Assembly: GCA_963715565.1 (NCBI GenBank)
Contig: OY970256.1
Location: forward strand, 2,679,836 to 2,743,835
DNA from: Pyrinomonadaceae bacterium
GTDB taxonomy: Bacteria > Acidobacteriota > Blastocatellia > Pyrinomonadales > Pyrinomonadaceae
Direction: 5' to 3'
DNA: 64,000 nt
Below the pieces are notes generated by a model that worked only from the letters and a program-made list of their open reading frames with translations, made no database searches and was not told where the DNA came from. The position numbers and the translations under genes were made by a program. Position 1 is the stretch's first letter. Each line of letters begins with the position of its first letter. This document shows, piece by piece, positions 1 through 8,004 of this stretch.

Positions 1-782
1 AAGGGGAGTTGCATTTTTGCCATGCGCGCTTGCGCCGGAAGCACTACTTTATTTATTCCGCCAGCATCCCTGACCAGACCGGGTTTCAGAAAAAACGCAA
101 GCGTCGGAGACGGCGGAGGAGTCGTAGAAGCGGCGGTGTTCCTGTTGCCGGTCGCTACCAACGCATCCGGAGTAGTCTTTGAATTCTCGGTACGCACGGG
201 CGGCTGCTGTAGCTCATCCGTGCGACGGGTGTTTTGAGTCGTTTGCTCATCACGCGCAGGGCTGGAGTTCTGTTGCTGCGGCACAGTGGATGACGGCCCG
301 TTCTTTTGCGCCTCAAGGGGCGAGGGGCGCGGCGACTGCCGTATTCGGACGACGAGCCACGAGACGCCTATGATGATTAATAAAGCGGCAGCCACGAGCG
401 CGAAGCTTTGCATGGGGCTGCGCTTGAAATTGAATAAAGCAAGAAATCTCTTCCAGATGGAAGGCGGCTGCGGCTCGGCAAGCGGTTCAGGCGAAGCGGC
501 GGGGACCGCATTCGTCGTCACATACTTTTTTAGCGCCCTGGAAAACCTCACATCCTCGTGCCGCTCGGGCGCGGATAAAAAATAGCTCTCGAATCCCTCG
601 CGCTCGTCCAAAGGAAGCGCATCATAAACGTACTCGTCAATCAACTCTTCCTCGGCCAGAAGCAGTTGCTGGAAGTGCTGGTCGTCCGTAAAGAGCGATT
701 GTTCAACGCGCAGATGTTCCGGCTCGGGCAATTTGCCCAGTAAATACTTCCGTATAAGCTGCTCGTCTATATTCTGCTTCAT
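1..782 (-). CDS. putative anti-sigma factor / single-pass membrane regulator (C-terminus beyond window edge)
   Basis: The minus-strand frame is open from the ATG (complement of 780-782) to the window edge; it is missing from the ORF track only because no stop lies in the window. It reads MKQNIDEQLIRKYLLGKLPEPEHLRVEQSLF..., has one hydrophobic helix FALVAAALLIIIGVSWLVV, then a P/T/Q-rich tail. It lies ~70 nt downstream of the ECF sigma gene on the same strand. Confidence 0.45.
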   Translation of the reverse strand, partial: MKQNIDEQLIRKYLLGKLPEPEHLRVEQSLFTDDQHFQQLLLAEEELIDEYVYDALPLDEREGFESYFLSAPERHEDVRFSRALKKYVTTNAVPAASPEPLAEPQPPSIWKRFLALFNFKRSPMQSFALVAAALLIIIGVSWLVVRIRQSPRPSPLEAQKNGPSSTVPQQQNSSPARDEQTTQNTRRTDELQQPPVRTENSKTTPDALVATGNRNTAASTTPPPSPTLAFFLKPGLVRDAGGINKVVLPAQARMAKMQLP

Positions 783-853
783 TATCCTGCTGACTAACGA
801 AATTTCATTCAATCTCTAATATGATATTGTGGAAACGCTTGATACATTTCACG

Positions 854-1426
854 CTAAACCCTTTGCCGCAGGCAATCCTGGACACATATTTTCAGATTCG
901 CCCGAATTCTGAAGGCCTGTAGCCTGAGCGTGTTGAGCTTGGTTCCGAGCTGTTCGGCCAGCACCCTGCGGCTTTCAATCTTTTTCTGTTTTTCGCCCTG
1001 ATAATATTGGAGCACCAGCTCGCGGTTGCGCCGCGAGAGTTGATCCAGACACTTTTCCAGACAGTCGTACTCCGGCTCTATATCTTCGCGCACGTCCGCC
1101 GGCGGCGGCGACTCATGGTGCTCGCTCTTTTTCCTCAAGTATTCCAGATGAACGTTGTGGGCGACGCCTATAAAATAGCGCAGCGGCTCGCCCACATAGG
1201 TCGGCATGATTTCCGGCAACTTCTTCGTCACACGGTTAATTGTCTCGTCCGTTAATTCTTCAGCTTCGCGACAGCCGCGACATTTGAAAAGTTTGATGAG
1301 CCGTAAGCGAATCTCCTCATACCTGATTCCGGCGCGCTCGCGATCCGCATCAAGCCATGAGAGAAGCTGATCGAAAGATTCTTGAGTTAAACTCCATTCA
1401 TTCCGATGTGCGGGCACGTTGTTCAA
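854..1426 (-). CDS. ECF-type (sigma-70 family) RNA polymerase sigma factor
   Basis: 190-aa ORF. Region-2-like AEELTDETINRV...PLRYFIGVAHNVHLEYLRK and region-4-like HTH RRVLAEQLGTKLNTLRLQAFRIRANL. Flanked on the same strand by the CHAT-TPR gene and the putative anti-sigma gene. Confidence 0.7.
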   Translation of the reverse strand: MNNVPAHRNEWSLTQESFDQLLSWLDADRERAGIRYEEIRLRLIKLFKCRGCREAEELTDETINRVTKKLPEIMPTYVGEPLRYFIGVAHNVHLEYLRKKSEHHESPPPADVREDIEPEYDCLEKCLDQLSRRNRELVLQYYQGEKQKKIESRRVLAEQLGTKLNTLRLQAFRIRANLKICVQDCLRQRV

Positions 1427-1481
1427 ATGTTGACACTCAGAGCGCAGCGAAATTCAGGGCTCGATTTCGCCGCGATGGATG

Positions 1482-4400
1482 TCACCTCCACTCTCCTTGG
1501 AGTACGAAGCCTGCCCAGTAATAGGGCGAGCGCCAGAGCTTTTGTGCACGAACTTCTTCCTGCGCAGCCTTCAAAGCTGCCGGTGGCGAGATACCTTCCT
1601 TCAAAATTTTCCGGTAAAAACGTTTCATCAAGTCGGCAGTGGCATCGTCGTCAACTTTCCACAGGCTGGCGACCACGCGAGACGTTCCGGCAGACATGAA
1701 ACCGCGCGTCAGGCTGATGATGCCTTCGCCTCTGACTTCTTTGCCCACTCCGGTTCGACAGGCACTCAAAACTACCATATCAACCGGCAAGCTCAAATTA
1801 TAAATATCCTGTAGCCGTAGGAAGCCGTTTTGTGAGCGCCCCTGCTCGTCAACCAGTGAGAGAACGATGCCGGAGAACTCCGGGTGCGAATCATTGAGCA
1901 CGCTGTGCGTCGCGAAATGCACTATTCGATAACGGCTCAGCTCGTTGCTCGTCGCTGTGCTGCGGTTGGCCTGAAAGCCGACGAGCATGGTGGCCTTGCC
2001 CGGCGCGGCCATCGACACGATTTCCTTCGCCTCGTCCAGAGAAGAACGCAGCCGTGGCAGTTGGTCGCCCGTCTCTCCCACATCTTTCAGGAGGCGGTCC
2101 ACAACCTCGGAACGCATGAGCTTTGCAGTTTCGGCGTTACCCGGTTTCCCGCTCTGCTGAACTCGCCTGTCACGGCTGTCAAAAACAGGGTCGGCCAGAA
2201 CGATGACCTCTTTCGGGGCGGGCTTGCGCGGCAACTCCCGCAACAGTGTAATCACCGAAGCCGATTGCTCATAAACTATCTCATGCTTATTTCCCAAGGT
2301 GACAGGCCCGCTATCTTCGCGGCTGTGATTGTAGCGAGCAAGCGCGCCGTCTTTGCCCTGCACGACGGGTTCGGGCAACGCGGCGAAAGGAATAAAGTGC
2401 AGGAGCCCGTCGGGAATGACCAGCAGCTTCTTGGTTCCGAGCTGCGCGGCAACCGGACCAACTATTTTATCGCTCAGCGCAGACGCGCTTTGCCAGTATT
2501 GCGCCTGCGCTTCTGCCAGACGCTTGCGATAATCCGTCTCCGTCAGCATGTCGCGAACCGGACGCGCGAGTTTCTCAATTTCCGCACGGCCCGGAAGCTG
2601 CGCTGCCGTGGCCGTGCGTCGCGTCACTACACACACGTAGCTGCGTTCACCGCCGAGGGCGTATTCAAGCATCACTGTATCGTCATCAAGCGATTGTTGA
2701 ATCTCTTTCAGGCTTAAGGGGCGGCCCTGCGCCGTGATGGCTGAAGCCGGATTCTGTTTTTTAATCCCCGCCTGCACGGCGTCATAGCGGGCCACGAGCT
2801 TGTTAAGATTAACCTCAACCGCGTCCGCGTCTGCTTTGAAGTTCTTACCGCGCAGGACCACCAGCTTTTCGGCGTTGTCATTTATTTGACGCTCAAGAGA
2901 GCGTTTTTCTTCGACGAGCGCCGCGCTTGCGCCCCCGTCGATTTGGACGCGCGCCTCGGCCAGCGTGTCCAGCAGGCTGCGCGCACGCGATTTCTCGTTC
3001 GCCAGTAGCGCAGCGGCCAGATGTTCTTCCGCGCCCGTGCGCCTGTACAACTGCATACGCACGTCTACGTCCAGCTCGTAGTAGTCCTGTTGCCTCGCAA
3101 GATAAGAGATGCGCAACTGCTGGCTCGTGACCCTCGTCCGTAGAGATTCGACAATGTCTACGGCCTTCTCTATCTTCTCGCGGGCATCGTCCAGATTATT
3201 ACGCGCGCGTGCGACGACCGCCAGACCATAAAATGTTTGCGCCTCTCCACGCCGCTCCGCCACTTGCTGCCAGAGCGGGAGCGCTTGCTGGTAACTGTCT
3301 GCGGCTTCCTGTAGGCGGCCCAGCGCCGTGTAAGTCTGGCCGAGCTTGGTGAAGACCAGAGCCTGCGTGCGCGGGTCTTGTAGCTGTTTGCTCGCGCTGA
3401 GCAGCGTGGCCTCGATTTCGCTCGCCTGCCGGTAACATTCAAGCGCCGACTGAAAATCTCCGAGCCTGTAGTAGGCCGCGCCCATCACGATGAGCGTGTA
3501 AGCACGTCCATGTTTTTCGTTCGTCTCAGTGTAGAGCTTCAGCGCCTGCTTGTAATTCTCCAGCGCTTGATTGTAATCGCCAAGGACGTTGTAGGCGTAA
3601 CCCATGTTGTTGAGTGAAACGGCGATGCCTCTAGGCGTCTTCAGGACTTCTTTTCTCAGGCGCAGCGATTCTTCAAACATCTTGAGGGCGCTTTGCCCGT
3701 CGCCAAGGTCGGCATAATACATGCCAAAGTTTTCGAGCGTCTGCGCCGTTCCATTCGGATTATCCTTGGCGAGCAAGAGCGCATCGCTGTAATGTTTGCG
3801 CGCCTCTTCGGACTCGCCCCAGGTGTCGTAAATCTTGCCTATGTTGTTGTGTGCGACGACGAGCTTGGCGGCGATATCTTTATTGTTGATGTCCAGACCC
3901 TGCCAGATTCGTAGCGCCTGCGTGTAGTAGTCCAGCGCCGTCTGCGATTGGCCCAGCTCATCAAGCGCGCCCGCGAGGTTGTTCAGCGTGTTGGCCTCCT
4001 GATAAGCATCACGCGCCTCGCGCCAGAGAGATAAAGCCTGCTCATAATAGCCTGCGGCCTGCGTCTGTTGTCTGGCCCCACGGCTATAGATGAGACCGAT
4101 GTTATTAAGGAGCTGGGCCTGTCCCCATTTATCGCCCGCGCCCTGGCGCAGCTTGAGCGCCACCTCATAATCGGGCAGCGCCTTGAGCGGGTCGCCCAAA
4201 TCTCTCTGCGCCGCTCCCCTTTCGTTGAGCACGTAAGCCTGACCCGCCGTGTCTCCAATCCTTGCCAGCAGAAGACGCGCCTGCTCAAAATTATCAAGCG
4301 CGTCCTGCAAAAAGTCCTTGCCCTTCCGGCGATACAGAGAGCCCAGATTCGCGCGCGTGTATGCTTCGCCTTGACGGACTTCCAGATTCTTCCAGAGAGG

Positions 4401-5015
4401 CAGAGCCTGGGTGTACAACTCAAGAGCTTTATCCAGATGTTCGCCCCCACGCGAAACCAGACCTTGCCCTTCCGTGAGCAGGCGCTCGGCGCGGGCGCGG
4501 TCTCTGTCCGCGGAGGTCGGCTCGCGCGGCTGTTCAAATTTAATCTGATATCTACCGGGCGGCGACCACTGATTCCCTGAGCCTATCTCCAACACGTAGT
4601 CGCCCGCCGCCTCTGCGATGGTCGAGACGAACTCCGGCCCGTACTTCCCGTTCGGGTTGTCGCTCTCCATGATTAACCGGCGTTGGGGGTCAAACAATTT
4701 GACTCTTAAATCTATTCCCTGCTGCTCGACCAGAACGTGTGCATACTGTCCGGGACCGACGGCTAGACGGTAGGCGTGCATCTCGCCGCCCGCACACTCT
4801 CTGTTGACTGTCTCACCGGGTTTGAGAAAGGGAGCGGCTGTGTTGTCCTGAACGGATTGCTCGGGCAGCGCGTAGGCGCTTGCCAATACCTGTTCGTAGC
4901 GGCCCGCGAAGGCGGTCTCAATCCAGCAAAGCTTTGCCGCGACCACCAGGAGTGAAGACAGGACGACGAGCCAGAGCCATCTCTGGCGTGTCGCAAAAGA
5001 GGATAGAAGTCTCAT
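1482..5015 (-). CDS. secreted/membrane-anchored TPR-repeat protein with C-terminal CHAT (caspase-like) domain
   Basis: 1177-aa ORF. N-terminal hydrophobic segment WLWLVVLSSLLVVAAKL, then a beta-sandwich-like segment and a long array of TPR-like repeats. The C-terminal CHAT fold has a His (VHFATHS) and Cys (VVLSACRTG) dyad. Confidence 0.85.
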   Translation of the reverse strand: MRLLSSFATRQRWLWLVVLSSLLVVAAKLCWIETAFAGRYEQVLASAYALPEQSVQDNTAAPFLKPGETVNRECAGGEMHAYRLAVGPGQYAHVLVEQQGIDLRVKLFDPQRRLIMESDNPNGKYGPEFVSTIAEAAGDYVLEIGSGNQWSPPGRYQIKFEQPREPTSADRDRARAERLLTEGQGLVSRGGEHLDKALELYTQALPLWKNLEVRQGEAYTRANLGSLYRRKGKDFLQDALDNFEQARLLLARIGDTAGQAYVLNERGAAQRDLGDPLKALPDYEVALKLRQGAGDKWGQAQLLNNIGLIYSRGARQQTQAAGYYEQALSLWREARDAYQEANTLNNLAGALDELGQSQTALDYYTQALRIWQGLDINNKDIAAKLVVAHNNIGKIYDTWGESEEARKHYSDALLLAKDNPNGTAQTLENFGMYYADLGDGQSALKMFEESLRLRKEVLKTPRGIAVSLNNMGYAYNVLGDYNQALENYKQALKLYTETNEKHGRAYTLIVMGAAYYRLGDFQSALECYRQASEIEATLLSASKQLQDPRTQALVFTKLGQTYTALGRLQEAADSYQQALPLWQQVAERRGEAQTFYGLAVVARARNNLDDAREKIEKAVDIVESLRTRVTSQQLRISYLARQQDYYELDVDVRMQLYRRTGAEEHLAAALLANEKSRARSLLDTLAEARVQIDGGASAALVEEKRSLERQINDNAEKLVVLRGKNFKADADAVEVNLNKLVARYDAVQAGIKKQNPASAITAQGRPLSLKEIQQSLDDDTVMLEYALGGERSYVCVVTRRTATAAQLPGRAEIEKLARPVRDMLTETDYRKRLAEAQAQYWQSASALSDKIVGPVAAQLGTKKLLVIPDGLLHFIPFAALPEPVVQGKDGALARYNHSREDSGPVTLGNKHEIVYEQSASVITLLRELPRKPAPKEVIVLADPVFDSRDRRVQQSGKPGNAETAKLMRSEVVDRLLKDVGETGDQLPRLRSSLDEAKEIVSMAAPGKATMLVGFQANRSTATSNELSRYRIVHFATHSVLNDSHPEFSGIVLSLVDEQGRSQNGFLRLQDIYNLSLPVDMVVLSACRTGVGKEVRGEGIISLTRGFMSAGTSRVVASLWKVDDDATADLMKRFYRKILKEGISPPAALKAAQEEVRAQKLWRSPYYWAGFVLQGEWR

Positions 5016-5205
5016 CGGATGCTCCGGATATGCCCTGGGCTTTGTAAAGCGCGGTCTTGACCTTTCTGGCCGAAGTCAAAGATAGGAAATGCGCCCGTGC
5101 TCGATTTGCCCCCTGAAAAAAAGTTACGGCAAGCGCTGCTTAATATTCGTTGATAGCCTGCTGCTGCCGGATGGGGAGCATTGCTGCTTCATGGCAAGCA
5201 GAAGC

Positions 5206-5238
5206 GACGCATTACACGTCAAGAGCGTGTAATGCGTC
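5206..5238 (-). terminator. 13-bp perfect hairpin downstream of the small hypothetical gene (no U-tract)
   Basis: GACGCATTACACG-TCAAGAG-CGTGTAATGCGTC. Confidence 0.3.
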
Positions 5239-5333
5239 GTGTCATCACTTTCCGTGATACAGGGCCGGAAGGTGGTCTGCCTTGTAATAACTCAACAACT
5301 CGGACTCATTATACCGGAGTCCGCCGGGGCAGC

Positions 5334-5774
5334 TTAATAGGCTTGGCTTGCGTCTCCGGTTTTATTCTGTCCCTGCTCTTCACCCTGCTCATCTTCGGAA
5401 GGAGGCGGGCCGGGCGAGCCTTCCTTGGACGATTCCCATGTTCCGGAATCGCCTTCGCCGGGATGGCCGTTCTGGCTTTCGACAATGAACGTGCCACCGC
5501 TAATTTTGTTGACCTTAACTTCTCCATCCAAATACCTGAACGTATTATTACCTTCCGGGCGCTCGAAACTGAGAACGTGTTTCGAGCCATGTTTGCACTT
5601 GCCCTTGATATTGCCCCCTGAATTGTGATGCTTGCCGCTGATGTTACCTTGACCATCCTCATTCGCGATGGTGTTGACGCCATCAGCCACCTGGAGAGGG
5701 GGATCCACTGCTTCGCCGTCCTTGAACGAATAAAACAGCGTCGTCTCCCAGGCACCATTACATTCCTTAGCCAT
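5334..5774 (-). CDS. hypothetical small protein (Gly/His/Asn-rich core, acidic tail)
   Basis: GGAGG lies 5 nt upstream of the ATG at 5774, which is Met12 of the 157-aa track ORF. No recognisable domain. Local GC is lower than the flanks. Confidence 0.5.
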   Translation of the reverse strand: MAKECNGAWETTLFYSFKDGEAVDPPLQVADGVNTIANEDGQGNISGKHHNSGGNIKGKCKHGSKHVLSFERPEGNNTFRYLDGEVKVNKISGGTFIVESQNGHPGEGDSGTWESSKEGSPGPPPSEDEQGEEQGQNKTGDASQAY

Positions 5775-6208
5775 CTCGTCCTCCTTTATCGGCCCGGTTG
5801 CGGCCAAAGCTCCGGGTCTGGTTTCAGGTCTCGTAAATGAACGGCATCAGAGCATATCATGTTCTCCCCTTCAGAAATCATGCCGTTCGCTCAAACGCTC
5901 GGAGCGATGCGTTTATCATGTCGCTTCGGCATTATTTATTTTGAGCCGGACAGGTGAAGGTATTAGCCGCCGGGTCGCACAAGTTTGTAGACACTTGCCC
6001 CAACCGGCAACCTGAGAACGGATGAGCAGCGCCAGCACGGGCCGCTCTCCCTGCCCGGCATTCAAGTGATGCTTTGCTACTTAGTTATGACGGCAGCGGG
6101 CAAAATGTTTCACCCGTAAATTTTGTCTGGGAAGTGCGCGAAAGAATTTTCAAAATCGTTGCCGCAGAGGTGCACACGTTGAAGATCGTCTGCCCGACAT
6201 CGGCGCGT

Positions 6209-6237
6209 TTGCCGATAACTTCCGGCTCGGTTATAAT
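6209..6237 (+). promoter_or_regulatory. sigma-70-type promoter for tRNA-Met
   Basis: TTGCCG (6209-6214), 17-nt spacer, TATAAT (6232-6237). The tRNA 5' end is 11 nt further downstream. Confidence 0.6.
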
Positions 6238-6248
6238 TTCGCTTCTAT

Positions 6249-6322
6249 GGCGGGGTAGCTCAGCTGGTTAGAGCGTGAGATTCATAACCTCAAGGCCGGG
6301 AGTTCAAGTCTCCCCCCCGCTA
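6249..6322 (+). tRNA. tRNA-Met (anticodon CAT); a lysidine-modified tRNA-Ile2 cannot be excluded
   Basis: Hand-folded cloverleaf: acceptor GGCGGGG/CCCCGCT, D arm GCTC-AGCTGGTTA-GAGC, anticodon loop TTCATAA, T arm GGGAG-TTCAAGT-CTCCC, discriminator A. No encoded CCA. Confidence 0.85.
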
Positions 6323-6746
6323 TTTCCCTTAATTCTGCAATGTGCTTATTCCAACAATAGTCTTTGGCCCACCGGATATATTTTTCCTGCTTATTTAGAG
6401 TGGGCTCAATTCTTAGTGATGCCGACCCCTTCGCGGCCTCAAAAGACATTCCGTATAGCTCATTCAACTGTGGACAGTAAATAGCAAAATAATCTACCTC
6501 GCCTTTTTTGTACCTTCTCATTGTCCGATCATAGTTCGCATTTCTTCTCCTCGTCCTGCACTGTATGCAACCTTTCCCGAAAGTGGCGGTCTTAACCTGC
6601 ACTTTCACAATCCGAGTGCCTGTATCAACAGCCAGATCATAAGGCCCGCCCGTCCCGAATGGAATGCAGACCCTAAATCCAGCTTTGATATAGTTGCCGA
6701 GCACAATACCTTCCGCCTCATTCCCGATATCAAATGTGGTTCGCAT
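6282..6746 (-). CDS. PD-(D/E)XK nuclease-like protein (resembles the PDDEXK_5 / group-I-intron endonuclease family)
   Basis: 154-aa ORF. Motif layout GNEAEGIVL...GFRVCIPFGTGGPYDLAVD...IVKVQVKT fits E...D...(E/Q)xK. The gene is ~40% GC in a ~60% GC context. Its last ~41 nt are antisense to the tRNA-Met 3' half. Confidence 0.55.
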   Translation of the reverse strand: MRTTFDIGNEAEGIVLGNYIKAGFRVCIPFGTGGPYDLAVDTGTRIVKVQVKTATFGKGCIQCRTRRRNANYDRTMRRYKKGEVDYFAIYCPQLNELYGMSFEAAKGSASLRIEPTLNKQEKYIRWAKDYCWNKHIAELREIAGGRLELPALRL

Positions 6747-6970
6747 TTGCAGCTCCTTCCATTTTATCGGCGCATTATTGTTCTTAGATTACGGCTTGAA
6801 GATGGTTAATGAGGCAGCAACATTATAATACAGGCAGCACAAAGGCGATGAGGTTTTTATCCGGTGTATCACTGCTATAAATTGCTTCCGCCCGTCATGC
6901 GGTTTGCCCTTGTGTGTCGCGGGCACGTATTATCTTCGTGCTGATTTTAGACAAAAGAGGTGTGAGCAGG

Positions 6971-7945
6971 ATGCATGATCTGGTTCATCGCCCGCGACGG
7001 TTGAGGCGGCGCGAGCCCTTGCGCGCGCTGGTGCGCGAGGCGCGGCTCGGGCGTGAGGATTTCGTTCTCCCGTTGTTTGTTTGCGCAGGCGAAAATGTTC
7101 GGCGTGAAGTCGCTTCGATGCCCGGAGTCTTTAACCTCTCGGTGGATGAGACGGTGCGCGAAGCCGAGAGCGCGTTTGAAATGGGAGTGCAAGCACTGCT
7201 GCTGTTTGGTCTGCCGGAGACGAAGGATGAGACGGCGACGGGCGCGTACGCCGAAAATGGTATCGTGCAGCAAGCCACGCGGGCCGTGCGCCGCGCCGTG
7301 CCCGAGATGGTCTTGATCGCAGATACCTGTCTCTGCGAGTACACTTCGCACGGCCATTGCGGCGTGGTGCGAGATGGCGAGGTGCTGAACGACGAATCTT
7401 TGCGCCTGCTCGCACGCACGGCAGTCAGTCAGGCCGAAGCAGGCGCGGACATCGTCGCGCCCTCGGCGATGATGGACGGGCAGGTCGCAAGCATTCGCGA
7501 AGGGCTCGATGATGCAGGCTTCGAGCACATAGCCATTATGTCTTACGCTGTGAAGTATGCTTCGGCCTTTTACGGCCCGTTCCGCGAAGCGGCGGCGTCG
7601 GCCCCGGCTTTCGGCGACCGCCGCGCCTACCAGATGGATGCGGCCAACGCGCGCGAGGCTTTGCGCGAAGCGGAGCTGGATTACGCGGAAGGCGCAGACA
7701 TGCTGATGGTCAAGCCCGCGACCGTTTATCTGGATGTCCTGCGCGCCGTGCGCGACCGCTTTGACCTCCCCTTAGCCGCCTATCACGTCTCGGGCGAGTA
7801 CGCGATGATTAAGGCGGCAGCCGAGCGCGGCTGGATAGACGAAGAACGCGTCATGCTCGAAACCCTGACCAGCATCAAACGCGCAGGCGCAGACGTCATC
7901 ATCACCTACTACGCGCGCGAAGCGGTAAAAGCGTTAAAGGATTGA
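6971..7945 (+). CDS. hemB: porphobilinogen synthase (delta-aminolevulinate dehydratase), Zn-type
   Basis: HRPRRLR N-terminus, Cys-rich metal site [14 protein letters not shown], and Schiff-base lysine context DMLMVKPA. Start taken at the internal ATG 6971 ([12 protein letters not shown]). Confidence 0.92.
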   Translation: MHDLVHRPRRLRRREPLRALVREARLGREDFVLPLFVCAGENVRREVASMPGVFNLSVDETVREAESAFEMGVQALLLFGLPETKDETATGAYAENGIVQQATRAVRRAVPEMVLIADTCLCEYTSHGHCGVVRDGEVLNDESLRLLARTAVSQAEAGADIVAPSAMMDGQVASIREGLDDAGFEHIAIMSYAVKYASAFYGPFREAAASAPAFGDRRAYQMDAANAREALREAELDYAEGADMLMVKPATVYLDVLRAVRDRFDLPLAAYHVSGEYAMIKAAAERGWIDEERVMLETLTSIKRAGADVIITYYAREAVKALKD

Positions 7946-7948
7946 TTC

Positions 7949-7999
7949 ATTGATTCATCGGTTCATTGAATCAATGAAGAAATGAACCGATGAATCAAT
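7949..7999. repeat. unit-built hairpin, family D (octamer TGATTCAT/CGGTTCAT units)
   Basis: Arms ATTGATTCATCGGTTCATT (7949-7967) and AATGAACCGATGAATCAAT (7981-7999) are perfect complements. The hairpin fills the 59-nt gap between convergent hemB and the GH5 gene. Confidence 0.9.
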
Positions 8000-8004
8000 T
8001 CTTT

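Noticed and set aside
1884-4580. Plus-strand ORFs (277 aa, 170 aa and others) inside the CHAT-TPR gene
   Set aside because: They are antisense to a long ORF with clear TPR/CHAT motifs, and their Arg/Leu/Gln-rich shadow-frame compositions have no RBS.
5181-5758. Overlapping ORFs 5181-5621 (+) and 5309-5758 (-)
   Set aside because: They compete with the 5334-5774 frame, which alone has a GGAGG RBS and a plausible composition. All remain hypothetical.
6249-6322. Group I intron inside tRNA-Met, by analogy with the cyanobacterial tRNA-fMet intron
   Set aside because: The tRNA sequence is continuous through the anticodon loop. The nuclease gene is outside the tRNA and on the opposite strand.
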